Source: a virus. From it: a DNA stretch of 64,000 nt. Of this stretch, positions 18,178 through 28,855 are shown piece after piece. Each line of letters begins with the position of its first letter. The first letter of the stretch is position 1. The stretch lies in IMG/VR virus record IMGVR_UViG_3300028844_004984, one strand, 5' to 3'. The position numbers and the translations under genes are program-made. Under the pieces are notes generated by a model that worked only from the letters and a program-made list of their open reading frames with translations, ran no database searches and had not been told where the DNA came from.

Positions 18178-21100
18178 TTAAATCTAAGATAATTAAATAC
18201 GATGGTGAGATAAAGAAAATCTACCATATTGCTGATGTTCACATTAGAAACTTAAAACGGCATAAAGAGTATCGTGATGTGTTTTCCCATCTTTATGAGT
18301 ATATTTCCACCACAAAGACGGAAGATTCCATCATTGTATTGTGTGGAGATATTGTTCACGCAAAAACGGATATGACGCCTGAGGTTATAGAAATGACACA
18401 AACATTTCTAAAGAGTTTATCCGATATGTTACCAACGATTGTGATTCCTGGTAACCACGATGCAAACCTCAACAACCCATCACGGTTGGATGCACTATCT
18501 CCGATTGTGAACGCATTGAATCACCCAAACCTACATTACCTCAGAGATAATGGTGTATGGAAAATGGGTGGAATTTCCTTTTCACACTCATCTGTTTTTA
18601 GTGATACGAAAGGAATCATACCTGCGGCTGATGTGCATGGGGATTACAAAATTGCACTATATCACGCTCCTGTTGATAAGGTTAAAACAGAACATGGTTT
18701 TTCTATAGAGAACAAAAATGTATCCGTTGAATCATTTGATGGATACGATTTGGCGTTGTTGGGGGATATACACGTTCCAAACCAATCTCTTAATGATGAG
18801 GGTACAATTAAGTATTGTGGTTCTACTATAATGCAAAATCACTCTGAGGCAAAGTATCCTGAGCATGGTATTTTGGTATGGGATGTTGAATCAAAAACAT
18901 CTGAGTTTGTTCCAATCCATAATGATTATGGTTATGTTACAATTGATGTAGAAGATGGTGAGATTGTAGGAACTCCCACAATACCAAACAAACCTCGTAT
19001 GAGAGTTAGGGTAAAGGATACATCTCAATCACAACTGAAAAAAATACTATCTGAGATTCGTGTGGGTAGAAAAGTGCAGGAAATCTCCATCCAAAAGGTA
19101 ATCACAGATAAGAAAGATTATAGTGGTGGTTCGAATATCATCCTACAGAATGTGAGAGATGTTGGATTTCAAAACAGATTAATCGAAGATTTTCTATCGG
19201 ATAGGTATGTGGTTGGAGATGAACACTTAGAGGTAATTCGTAACATAAACAAAGATATCAATCAGAAGTTGGGAACATCGGTTGGGATGAAGAATGTTAT
19301 ATGGAAACCAAAATCATTTGAGTTCTCTAATATGTTTTCATATGGTAGTGATAACATCATTGACTTCAGTCAGATGAAGGGGGCGTATGGTATCTTCGCA
19401 CCAAACGCAAGTGGTAAATCATCTTTGTGGGACGCACTATCGTTCTGTATCTTTGATAAATGTTCACGTACCAACAAAGCAGTAGATGTACTAAATTATT
19501 CGAAATCTACCTTCAATTGTAAATTCAACTTTGAGATGAATGGTATTGATTACTTTATTGAAAGAGTTGGAAAGAAATCACCTAAGAGGGGAACTGTGAA
19601 GGTTGATGTAAACTTCTACCGAATCAACGAAGATGGTGATACTGAATCATTGAATGGGGAAGAGCGTAGAGATACCAACTCAATCATCAGACAGTACGTT
19701 GGTTCGTATGATGATTTCATCCTAACAGCGATGTCCAACCAATCCAATAGTAGTGGTTTCATTGAGAAATCACAAAAGGAGAGAAAGGAACTTCTTGCTC
19801 AGTTCTTAGATATGGATGTGTTTGAGCAATTGTATCAAGTAGCAAACGAAGAGATTAGAGAACTTAGTGCACTACTAAAGGATTACAAAAACCAAAACTT
19901 TACAGAAAAATTATCTGAATCTGAAGAGAGTTTGATTGAGAGTAAATCTGAGCTGGAAACAGTACAGAAGTTATTAGATAGGTACGTTGACCAGAGGAGT
20001 GAAACCACCGATGAAATCGAATCTTTGATAACTACATTGGTATCGGTTGATAGCGAGATATCCGATACAGATAAGTTGAAAGATAGATTGGGTTCATTAA
20101 ACACTCAGTTACAGACTAAGGAGCAGGAGTGTGATGGTTATACGGATTCTTTAGGCGTAGCTCAATCCGAATTAGATTCTCTGAAAAAGAAGTTCAATAC
20201 ATTTAATTTGATTTCACTAAAGGAGAAGAAATTACAATACGATACATACTCTCAGCGAATGGTGGATATCGAATCTGAGGTTGATAATCTTACAAAAGAG
20301 ATTGAACACAAACAAACCCACTTGGATGGTATTGGTTCACTTACGTTTGATGATGGGTGTGAACATTGTGTAAAAAATAAAAACACCCCATTTGCTCAAC
20401 AAGCACAAACATTAGAAACTGAGATAAGAGAGTTATCGAAAACTATCAAAATCAGAAAAGGTGAGTTGGAAGATGCAATGCTTGGTAAAGCAAAGTACGA
20501 TGTAACATCAGTACTAAATGAGGTTGAGGGGATAAATACCCAAATAAAAAACTATGAATCACAAATTGATAGGTTGGAGTTACAGTCCAAATCTTGCAAT
20601 CTTGAATTGGTTCAACTGAAGAATGGAATCAGAAAAGTAGAATCCGATATTCAAAAATCTATTGAACAAAAAGAATCAGTAGAGCATAATATAAAGGTAC
20701 AAAAAGAAATTGATGATTCCAAAGAAAAGTTGAAAAAATTTGATGAGGTGATATCGAATATTAATGATGATATCATCAACATCAATGGTAATATCAGAAT
20801 CGCAGAAAACACAATTCAGACCGTAAACGATTCGATTGATAAGTTGGCGAGTATGGAGCAGAAGTATGAGGGGTATGAGTACTATCTACAATGTGTAAAG
20901 CGAGATGGTATCCCATACCAATTGATTTCAGATATACTACCTAAGTTGGAAGTGGAAATAAACAACATCTTACAACCTATCGTAGATTTCCAAATCCTAC
21001 TTAATACGGATGGTAAGAACATCAATTCATACATTGCATATGGTGAGGAGGAGTTCTGGCCATTGGAACTGACAAGTGGTATGGAGAAGTTCATTTCATC

Positions 21101-21347
21101 TGTAGCTATCAGAACGGCATTGGTAAATGTATCAAATTTACCTCGCCCAAACTTTATTGCAATTGATGAGGGATTTGGTTCATTAGATAGTGATAACTTC
21201 AACTCACTATATTTATTGTTCGATTACTTAAAGAATCAATTTGATTTTATAGTAACCATATCACACATAGATAAGACCAGAGATATGGTTGACCAAATTA
21301 TAGATATTACAAAATTAGGTGGATTTTCATCTATTAGATATTTATAA
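18174..21347 (+). CDS. Fused Mre11/SbcD nuclease - Rad50/SbcC ATPase (gp47-gp46-like)
   Basis: DVH, GDIVH, GNHD, GDIH metallophosphoesterase motifs, then Walker A APNASGKS, coiled coil with CEHC hook, SGMEK signature, IDEGFGSLD and ISH. Confidence 0.9.
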   Translation: MIKSKIIKYDGEIKKIYHIADVHIRNLKRHKEYRDVFSHLYEYISTTKTEDSIIVLCGDIVHAKTDMTPEVIEMTQTFLKSLSDMLPTIVIPGNHDANLNNPSRLDALSPIVNALNHPNLHYLRDNGVWKMGGISFSHSSVFSDTKGIIPAADVHGDYKIALYHAPVDKVKTEHGFSIENKNVSVESFDGYDLALLGDIHVPNQSLNDEGTIKYCGSTIMQNHSEAKYPEHGILVWDVESKTSEFVPIHNDYGYVTIDVEDGEIVGTPTIPNKPRMRVRVKDTSQSQLKKILSEIRVGRKVQEISIQKVITDKKDYSGGSNIILQNVRDVGFQNRLIEDFLSDRYVVGDEHLEVIRNINKDINQKLGTSVGMKNVIWKPKSFEFSNMFSYGSDNIIDFSQMKGAYGIFAPNASGKSSLWDALSFCIFDKCSRTNKAVDVLNYSKSTFNCKFNFEMNGIDYFIERVGKKSPKRGTVKVDVNFYRINEDGDTESLNGEERRDTNSIIRQYVGSYDDFILTAMSNQSNSSGFIEKSQKERKELLAQFLDMDVFEQLYQVANEEIRELSALLKDYKNQNFTEKLSESEESLIESKSELETVQKLLDRYVDQRSETTDEIESLITTLVSVDSEISDTDKLKDRLGSLNTQLQTKEQECDGYTDSLGVAQSELDSLKKKFNTFNLISLKEKKLQYDTYSQRMVDIESEVDNLTKEIEHKQTHLDGIGSLTFDDGCEHCVKNKNTPFAQQAQTLETEIRELSKTIKIRKGELEDAMLGKAKYDVTSVLNEVEGINTQIKNYESQIDRLELQSKSCNLELVQLKNGIRKVESDIQKSIEQKESVEHNIKVQKEIDDSKEKLKKFDEVISNINDDIININGNIRIAENTIQTVNDSIDKLASMEQKYEGYEYYLQCVKRDGIPYQLISDILPKLEVEINNILQPIVDFQILLNTDGKNINSYIAYGEEEFWPLELTSGMEKFISSVAIRTALVNVSNLPRPNFIAIDEGFGSLDSDNFNSLYLLFDYLKNQFDFIVTISHIDKTRDMVDQIIDITKLGGFSSIRYL
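21339..21346 (+). promoter_or_regulatory. Putative late promoter TATTTATA (overlaps end of Mre11-Rad50 gene)
   Basis: Octamer followed by AGGAG at 21367 and ATG 21378. Confidence 0.65.
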
Positions 21348-21377
21348 TCATACAATAAAAATGTATAGGAGAAATGG

Positions 21378-24300
21378 ATGTCCTTAGTTTATAAAAAATC
21401 GGTACGTGAGAATATAACGGATTTAAAAACATTCGTTGTTGATACGACACCAACATCAACAAAATACTTTAGAGTTTCTGATGTACCACAGGTTTTACAA
21501 AAAGGTAAGAATTTACTTAGAATCACTGCGCACCCAACTAATTTAGTTGAGGGTTCACAGATTTATGTAGACGTTAGAGATTCAAATGGTAATCCAATCT
21601 ACTATGAGATTCCAGATTATTTGGAAGATGATAAGAGTAGAGTAATATCTATTTGGATTTATCACGATAAGGGTGAGGATAACACACCCAATGGTCAGGC
21701 GACTATTACATTAGCTGGAACAACAAACGTTAATTTAGATGGTTCTGTGTTGCCTGAGCGAGCTAGAAACAAAATAAACGTAAAATGGCAAGCTGTTGTA
21801 ACAGTCGATAGGGATAGAAGTAATACATCCGATGTTGTATTTAGTTCGACAAATGTACCAGCGGTAGTTGTTTCTCAAAGTATAGAGGGTTACCAAAATC
21901 AAAACCAATCCAACGGGCAATTACAAAAAACCATACAGACGGGAACTGCAAGATATGTTTTCAGCCCCTATGGGCAGACTCCAGTTATTTTTACTTTAGA
22001 TGGTAGTACATTTAATGATGAAATGGTTGGTGGTGATATTATACTCAATAACTATACAAACCCACCTACCCCCGTCGCATCAATTTCTAATCCTCTGAAT
22101 GATACGTTTTTCAGTTCATCCATAAAGGAAGTAATACTTCCAAACGATAAGTATGTAAAGACTGAAACAAATTACACAACTAAATTTCAAGATAGAGATG
22201 ATTTGGTACACACATATCAAACTGTGCTGGAAGGGGATTATAAAGTTGAATATTTTACAACAGCATCAAATATTACGACTGAAAACCAAAGAAACTTTGT
22301 AAATCTATCTTTGAGTAATATAGACCCAATTGCGGGTGTAGTCGATAAAGTTAAGATACTTCAAAAATCAGATGGGTTATCAGGAGATTACGAACTATTA
22401 AATGAGGTTACAATACCATTTAGTTCTTCTGTTGAAATCAAAGTACCAATACCATCTAAGAACCTTAACGACCCAAAAATACTAAAGCTACAATATTTAA
22501 ACTCGGCTGGTACTATATCGAGAACCCAAACTATTACAGAACCATTTGTGTTTACAGGTGAAAATGTTTACATTGGTGGTAGTGAAAATATGATTAGTGG
22601 TTCTATTTTTGTATCAGATACAGTAGGTACTGGTATTGAGATAGGTGGTGCTAGTAGTGGATTCTTACGTTCAGTTGGGTTCGAAGGCCAAATCTCAGCA
22701 TCAGTAGGAAAAGCTCCTGGTGGATTCGTAATCTATAGTGGTTCTGGTAATCTTGTTATGGGTGATGATGTTCTCAACGGAGTTGGTATGCAATTCGTTG
22801 GTGATAACGATGATAGACACCTCATCTTTACAACCGATAATGGTGGTTTATTAGATGTTAAAACTGATAAGTTCTTTATCGGAACAGATGATACTCAGTT
22901 TATTAGTGGTTCTAATTCAAACATTGAAATCAGTTCATCTCTATTTCACTTAGACCCTAAAAACGAAACTTTGATAATTGGTGCTGGTACGGTTATCAAC
23001 GCAGATTTATCGGTGAACCAACTGTTTACTCCCGCAACAATAAATGGAGAACAATCAAATATAACCAATGCTAGTGCATCAATAACATCCGGTGGATTTG
23101 CAAGATTTGTATCTGCATCCATTGGTGGTTGGGATGTTACTACATCATCTATCGAAGGTTCTAATCTTATAATGAAACCTCAGGGTGTTCTACAAACAAA
23201 AGATTATATTCCAGATACCAAAGGATGGTTCATCTCAGCAGAGAATAATGGTGTTGCTGAATTTGAAAACATAAAAATTCGTGGTACACTTAGAACAACT
23301 ACGTTTGAAAAGGAATCGGTTAATGCGGTAGGTGGGCAGTTGTATGTAGCAAACTCTACTACACTAACTGGTTCCATTAGCGAGAGTATATCAGTAGAAG
23401 CAAATACTGGATTTACATCTTCAACTGCATTACCAGCATCCGCAGATGGATTCAATACTTTTGATGGCGGTGCTCGTCTTGAAGTTGATAGTACTGAGTA
23501 CAAAATCACAGCAATTGATTACACCAATAAAACTTTCGAAATTACTGATACATCATTAGCCCTCCTAAGTCAATCTGTACAACTTAATTACACATCCAGT
23601 GAATCGCTGATTAAGAGTATATCCGCAGATGCTACTTATCTGTCATCATCAATACGACTGGATACTGCTGTTTTTGCATCAGTAGGAAATACTCCGCTTA
23701 AATCTTCAGAAATATTTGTAAATTCAACACTAATATCATCAGACCCATCCAAACTAACCTCATCTGATTTTGCGGGAGAATCTGGTGATGTAAGCATAAC
23801 TGGCGTAACCTTTGGTCCAGGTGGTGATTCATCCACCACCGCCCTCTATAATAGTCAGGCAAACAAGCTCGAGTTGGACTTAAAAGTACTTTCCCAAGTT
23901 CCCAACGGAACTGAGGTTACATTTAGCAACAATACAACAATTCAGACAAGTGCATACACGGGAACTGATATAATCACAGTGTCAGCCGGACATGAAGTAC
24001 CATCTGATTTTCTAAGTGGTATAGTCACCTTCAACGATGGTGGGGGCGTAGACCAATACCCTATTGCAGAAAGACTAACCTCAACTACACTAAGAGTTGA
24101 TACATCGAGTAATGTTCCAAACACATCAGGTTCAGTTCAAAATGGCACCATAGTATACGATTATGTGGAATCCATAATTAGAAGTATATCTAGCGGACCT
24201 CCAATTACAAACCGAACCCAATTTGATAACATATCACCATCTGCGAGCATACTTACTGTAGATAACGTAAGTGGTTTTGTTGCTGATGAGATACTAACCC

Positions 24301-25883
24301 TAAAGAAAATAACAGATACAGGATTCGCTACAGAGTACGTTAAGGTGTTATCCACAGAGAGAATAGATGCTGCCAGTGATAAAGACCAGTCAGGCTACCT
24401 AACAGTTGAGCGTGGATTTGGTAGCGGAAGTACTGGAGATACGGGTTCTCTTGGGGATTTGGCATCCGTTTCACAATCGTATGAAGGTGGGCAAGTAATC
24501 GTATCGACTGGTAGAGAGGGTACGGGTTATATCAGAATTAACGCAAACCCAAATGATACATCTACACCATACATTGATATAGTAGAAAGAACTGGTAGTG
24601 GATTGTATGATGTTGAGTTAAAAGCCAGATTGGGTGATTTGAGTGGATTAGATGGTACTGATATGGTTCTTGGTAAATCCAATCCTGGTTTTGGATTGGC
24701 AACTGATAATGTGTATCTACAAGGTGGTATATCCGCAAACTTTGGTGATATCGGTGGTTTTGGAATTAGCGCAACTACAATATCTTCATCAAACGATAAT
24801 CTAATCCTAAGAGATAACGGGCAGATTACGGGTTCTGATGTTCTGTTTAGTGGTGGGACAATTGGTGGATTTGAATTAGGTTCTACTCAAATAAACTCTA
24901 CTAATGATAATTTGATTCTAAAATCAAATGGTGAAATCACAGCATCCGCAGCGAGTATTGATGGAGATATTACGACCGATAATATCACAGCCACTGGTGG
25001 AACTATTGGTGGATTTACTCTAAGTAGTACTCAGATAAATTCTACCAACAATAATTTAATTTTAGAATCAAATGGTGAAATCACCGCAAATGCCGGTACG
25101 ATTGGTGGGGTTGAAATAACAACTACTGGACTCGAATCCACAACAAATTTGGGTAGTCCAGATAATTCTCCAGCATTCCAATTAACAGATAATGGTGTAA
25201 TATCTGGCTCTAATCTATACATTAGAAAGATATTTGATGTGGGTGATGGGAATCAAACTGTTGCACTTATAGATACGGAAAATGGACTTATTGATGCTCG
25301 TAACTTGGGTAGACAAGTAGTATCAGATAGTACAGTATATACGAGGACAAATGTGGATGATGGAAGTACCTATCATACAGTAGCATCATACTACTTTCAA
25401 TTACTACCTTATGAAAACGTATTATCTATGCAAGGTATTATGACAGCGTTCTCAAATAGTACTAGCAACCGTATGCAGGCTAGAGCTCAAGTAACACTTT
25501 GGAGAATGGCAAATAGTGGTTCTGCTTCAGTTGACCACGCTGGTCTTGCGAACTCCCCATTTGATACTGAAGAAGAGACTAGTCTTATTGATACAAATTA
25601 TGGTTGGGACCAGTGGACCTCCGATATCAGTAGCAATGCATTTGCCGCGACAACCACCACCACCTCCACTGGTAACTCACGAGTTAGAATAAAAGATAAC
25701 TCTGTAAAATACCAAATACCTTCAGAAGTGCAGGGAGAATTTATACGACTTGATTTAAGAATCAGAGCCAACCTAATAGCAGGAAGTACATCGACGAGCG
25801 TGGGTATTCAGATGGCGGCGTTTAACGTAATATCAACTAGGGATTTGACTGCTAGTAGTCTTGGTGGTGATTTCACCAAATAA
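21378..25883 (+). CDS. Large fibre-like virion protein
   Basis: 1501 aa S/T/G-rich; AEFENIKIRG motif; repeated GTIGGF....QINS.N.NLIL..NG.IT units. Confidence 0.6.
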   Translation: MSLVYKKSVRENITDLKTFVVDTTPTSTKYFRVSDVPQVLQKGKNLLRITAHPTNLVEGSQIYVDVRDSNGNPIYYEIPDYLEDDKSRVISIWIYHDKGEDNTPNGQATITLAGTTNVNLDGSVLPERARNKINVKWQAVVTVDRDRSNTSDVVFSSTNVPAVVVSQSIEGYQNQNQSNGQLQKTIQTGTARYVFSPYGQTPVIFTLDGSTFNDEMVGGDIILNNYTNPPTPVASISNPLNDTFFSSSIKEVILPNDKYVKTETNYTTKFQDRDDLVHTYQTVLEGDYKVEYFTTASNITTENQRNFVNLSLSNIDPIAGVVDKVKILQKSDGLSGDYELLNEVTIPFSSSVEIKVPIPSKNLNDPKILKLQYLNSAGTISRTQTITEPFVFTGENVYIGGSENMISGSIFVSDTVGTGIEIGGASSGFLRSVGFEGQISASVGKAPGGFVIYSGSGNLVMGDDVLNGVGMQFVGDNDDRHLIFTTDNGGLLDVKTDKFFIGTDDTQFISGSNSNIEISSSLFHLDPKNETLIIGAGTVINADLSVNQLFTPATINGEQSNITNASASITSGGFARFVSASIGGWDVTTSSIEGSNLIMKPQGVLQTKDYIPDTKGWFISAENNGVAEFENIKIRGTLRTTTFEKESVNAVGGQLYVANSTTLTGSISESISVEANTGFTSSTALPASADGFNTFDGGARLEVDSTEYKITAIDYTNKTFEITDTSLALLSQSVQLNYTSSESLIKSISADATYLSSSIRLDTAVFASVGNTPLKSSEIFVNSTLISSDPSKLTSSDFAGESGDVSITGVTFGPGGDSSTTALYNSQANKLELDLKVLSQVPNGTEVTFSNNTTIQTSAYTGTDIITVSAGHEVPSDFLSGIVTFNDGGGVDQYPIAERLTSTTLRVDTSSNVPNTSGSVQNGTIVYDYVESIIRSISSGPPITNRTQFDNISPSASILTVDNVSGFVADEILTLKKITDTGFATEYVKVLSTERIDAASDKDQSGYLTVERGFGSGSTGDTGSLGDLASVSQSYEGGQVIVSTGREGTGYIRINANPNDTSTPYIDIVERTGSGLYDVELKARLGDLSGLDGTDMVLGKSNPGFGLATDNVYLQGGISANFGDIGGFGISATTISSSNDNLILRDNGQITGSDVLFSGGTIGGFELGSTQINSTNDNLILKSNGEITASAASIDGDITTDNITATGGTIGGFTLSSTQINSTNNNLILESNGEITANAGTIGGVEITTTGLESTTNLGSPDNSPAFQLTDNGVISGSNLYIRKIFDVGDGNQTVALIDTENGLIDARNLGRQVVSDSTVYTRTNVDDGSTYHTVASYYFQLLPYENVLSMQGIMTAFSNSTSNRMQARAQVTLWRMANSGSASVDHAGLANSPFDTEEETSLIDTNYGWDQWTSDISSNAFAATTTTTSTGNSRVRIKDNSVKYQIPSEVQGEFIRLDLRIRANLIAGSTSTSVGIQMAAFNVISTRDLTASSLGGDFTK
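24744..25120 (+). repeat. Imperfect in-frame repeats G[DT]IGG[FV]...NLIL..NG[EQ]IT (three full, one partial)
   Basis: Seen in translation; boundaries approximate. Confidence 0.7.
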
Positions 25884-25921
25884 TATTCAATGGAAAGCAC
25901 CTAAATAGGATACTTATTATT

Positions 25922-28231
25922 ATGGGAAAACTAATCAAAGAATGGGTTAAGGAAATCTTAACCGAAGATATCAAAAAAGAAGTGGTGGTTTACGCTGGTA
26001 GATTCCAACCATTTCATAAAGGACACTACGGAAGTTACCAACAACTTGTGAAAAAGTTTGGTAAAGATAATGTGTATATTGGTACATCCAATAAAACAGA
26101 TAACATCAAATCACCTTTCAAATTTAAAGAAAAAAAGATGATTATGATGAAGATGTTCGGAGTACCATCGAACAAAATCATTGAGATTAAGAACCCATAC
26201 GCTCCCAAAGAAATCCTAAATAAGTTTCCCGAAGATACTACAGCATTTGTAACTGTTGTCGGTGAAAAAGATAGATACAGATTGAAGGGTAAGTATTTCG
26301 AACCATATCATCCTGATAGAATCGAAAAGGGTTACAAAGATGCTGGATACGTTTTTGTAACTACTGCTAGTGGTGGTGGGATGAGTGGTACAGAGGCAAG
26401 AAAACTTCTATCACAAGGAACTGATGCAGAAAAGGCTGCTGGATTCAAAAAGGTTTACGATGGTAAGTTTGATTCTAAAATTTACAAACTGATTACAACC
26501 AGACTTACAAAAATATTTGGAAAGGTAGAAGAGTTCCTATCTACATTTGATATGGAAGAACTCATTAACGAAGCATCCGCTACACCAGTAAGTGGTAAGG
26601 GTGTTGTAGATGATGGGCCTGGCTTCACATATGGAAACGCAAAAACATATAAGAAAATCGGAGATGATGCGGCTGCCGCATTGGGGTGGCAAGTTGTAGA
26701 TTACATCTTAGGTACTGATGAAGATTCAATCTATGCAGATGGTGAAAGAGGTATAGATGATAAGTATCCAGTATCATACTTCCCATCTGGTATTGCTGGA
26801 TTAGATGCACAATCCCAAAGATATACAGATTTGAGAGGTAATGCAGCATACAGAGCATGGGCTGATAAAATCAAAGGTGTTGCAACAATCGTAGGATATA
26901 AATTAGTTGACTTTTTAGATGCTGAGCAAGGTATTGAGGATACAAAAGATGCACCTGTAAAAGAACCTAAGTTCAACTTTACACAAGATGTAAAAACCGA
27001 ACCTATGAGAGAGGGTTTGATTATGGAAGGTGGTGCATATGGTCATATGAATCACCCATTCGATACAGAGATGAATCTAACATTTGGTGATTTGAAAACA
27101 ATTATATCAAACGCATTAAATGGTAAGTTAGAGTTTGCCAGAGAGAAAACAGATGGACAGGCGCTTGCAATTAGTTGGAGAGATGATAAAGGATTAATCG
27201 CTGCGAGAAACAAAGGACACCTAAAGAATGCTGGTGAAAACGCATTGGATATTAGTGGAGTAGCGTCTAAGTTTCAAGGTAGAGGTGGGTTAACCGATGC
27301 ATACAACTTCGCTATGAAGGATTTAAACTCAGCAATCAAAGGATTATCAAAAGCACAGAGGGATAAGATATTCAAACAAGGTTCATCATTTATGAACATT
27401 GAGGTTATATATCCTACATCGGTAAATGTGATTCCATATGGACAACCACTTTTGATTTTCCACGGAACAATGGATTATGATAGCGATGGAAAAGCGGTGG
27501 GAGCAGATACGGCTAGTGCAAGAATATTGGCAGGTATGATTAAACAAATCAATAAGGACGTGCAGAATAACTATACTATTCAAGGCCCGCCAGTAGTTCA
27601 ACTCCCAAAATCGGAAGAGTTAACTAAGAAGCAATCAAAGTATTTCTCAGCACTAAACAAAGTTCAGAAAGAGTTCAAACTCAAAGATTCAAATGGAGTA
27701 GCTGATTACCACCAGGCTTGGTGGGAGCAATATGTTGATAAGAATTCACCATCTTCATTAGATAACAAAACCAAAATGGGATTGGTAAAGAGATGGGCAT
27801 TCTACGATAAATCATTCCGTTTGGATAAGAAGAACATTACCGATTCCGATACTTTGGATTGGGCTAAAAAAACGGAAAAGCAAGACCACGCTAAAATTGC
27901 AAAACAGAATCTTCGTAAGTTTGAAGATATCTTCTTAGGTGTAGGTGCTGATGTACTATCGTTTATGGGCTCTGCGTTGGCTGTAAATCCCGATAAAGCG
28001 CTTAGAACTATGAAATCAGAATTAGATAAAACTGTGAAAGCAGTTCAGAAAAGTGGTGATGTTAAGAAGATTACAAAACTCAAACTGGAATTGGAAAGAT
28101 TAGCCGCTGTTGGTGGTAAAGATAAGATTGTACCAAACGAAGGAATTGTATTTGTTTACAAAGGAGATACCTATAAACTTACTGGTACATTCGCATCTTT
28201 GAATCAAATTTTAGGATTAATGTATTTTTAA
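25922..28231 (+). CDS. HxGH nucleotidyltransferase (cytidyltransferase-like) fused to an ATP-dependent ligase-fold domain
   Basis: YAGRFQPFHKGH and MSGTEAR in the N-terminal domain; EKTDG, ARNK, EGIV and YKLTG in the C-terminal domain. Confidence 0.7.
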   Translation: MGKLIKEWVKEILTEDIKKEVVVYAGRFQPFHKGHYGSYQQLVKKFGKDNVYIGTSNKTDNIKSPFKFKEKKMIMMKMFGVPSNKIIEIKNPYAPKEILNKFPEDTTAFVTVVGEKDRYRLKGKYFEPYHPDRIEKGYKDAGYVFVTTASGGGMSGTEARKLLSQGTDAEKAAGFKKVYDGKFDSKIYKLITTRLTKIFGKVEEFLSTFDMEELINEASATPVSGKGVVDDGPGFTYGNAKTYKKIGDDAAAALGWQVVDYILGTDEDSIYADGERGIDDKYPVSYFPSGIAGLDAQSQRYTDLRGNAAYRAWADKIKGVATIVGYKLVDFLDAEQGIEDTKDAPVKEPKFNFTQDVKTEPMREGLIMEGGAYGHMNHPFDTEMNLTFGDLKTIISNALNGKLEFAREKTDGQALAISWRDDKGLIAARNKGHLKNAGENALDISGVASKFQGRGGLTDAYNFAMKDLNSAIKGLSKAQRDKIFKQGSSFMNIEVIYPTSVNVIPYGQPLLIFHGTMDYDSDGKAVGADTASARILAGMIKQINKDVQNNYTIQGPPVVQLPKSEELTKKQSKYFSALNKVQKEFKLKDSNGVADYHQAWWEQYVDKNSPSSLDNKTKMGLVKRWAFYDKSFRLDKKNITDSDTLDWAKKTEKQDHAKIAKQNLRKFEDIFLGVGADVLSFMGSALAVNPDKALRTMKSELDKTVKAVQKSGDVKKITKLKLELERLAAVGGKDKIVPNEGIVFVYKGDTYKLTGTFASLNQILGLMYF

Positions 28232-28242
28232 GATTTTTTCAA

Positions 28243-28250
28243 TATTTATA
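28243..28250 (+). promoter_or_regulatory. Putative late promoter TATTTATA
   Basis: Intergenic octamer upstream of ATG 28265. Confidence 0.7.
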
Positions 28251-28264
28251 TACAAAACTAAGTT

Positions 28265-28855
28265 ATGGCAAAATTAAAGAATATTAAAGCAGTTCAAGAA
28301 ATGTTGGGAGGGGAACACAAAACCCAAACCAAAAAGACTGTATCGTTTGATAAAAAAGAAGTTAAACGAAGAGAAGTTGGAGAAACTTGGACTGATGATA
28401 AAGGTCAAAAGTGGGAACAACGAAATGGTTACAAAGTTAAAGTTGGGAAACTATCAGAACTTAGAGAAGAACTGAAGCAGTTTCCTAATTGTAAAGATGG
28501 GTGTGAATCGTACTTAGATCCTGGTCAAGCTGATTTAAAAATGAAAGCTATACATGGGATGTGTTTAAATTGTGTTGTGGATATGGAACATGAACTACAA
28601 CTAAAAGGAGAATACAAAGAGTATGAGCGAAAAAAGTTACTCAATAATGCTGAGGCTTGGTTAAAGCAAGCTGAGGTTGAAAAAGAAATTTTGAAAAACA
28701 CATTGAAGGCATCATTCGTTAATGAAGATGGTTCTATCGAAGAATGGGGAGAAGCCATGTCGGAAGAAGAACTTGTTCAGAAGATAGATGATGGGTTTGA
28801 TAAGTTTAAAGAGAACTTTATAGATAAGCTAAAAAATGAATCAAACGCAGATTAA
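28265..28855 (+). CDS. Hypothetical protein with possible Zn site
   Basis: CKDGC...CLNC; REVGETWTD..G.KW motif. Confidence 0.55.
   Translation: MAKLKNIKAVQEMLGGEHKTQTKKTVSFDKKEVKRREVGETWTDDKGQKWEQRNGYKVKVGKLSELREELKQFPNCKDGCESYLDPGQADLKMKAIHGMCLNCVVDMEHELQLKGEYKEYERKKLLNNAEAWLKQAEVEKEILKNTLKASFVNEDGSIEEWGEAMSEEELVQKIDDGFDKFKENFIDKLKNESNAD

Noticed and set aside
25911-25918. TACTTATT as late promoter for the nucleotidyltransferase gene
   Set aside because: Two mismatches and only 3 nt from the ATG, too close for a normal start site; left uncalled
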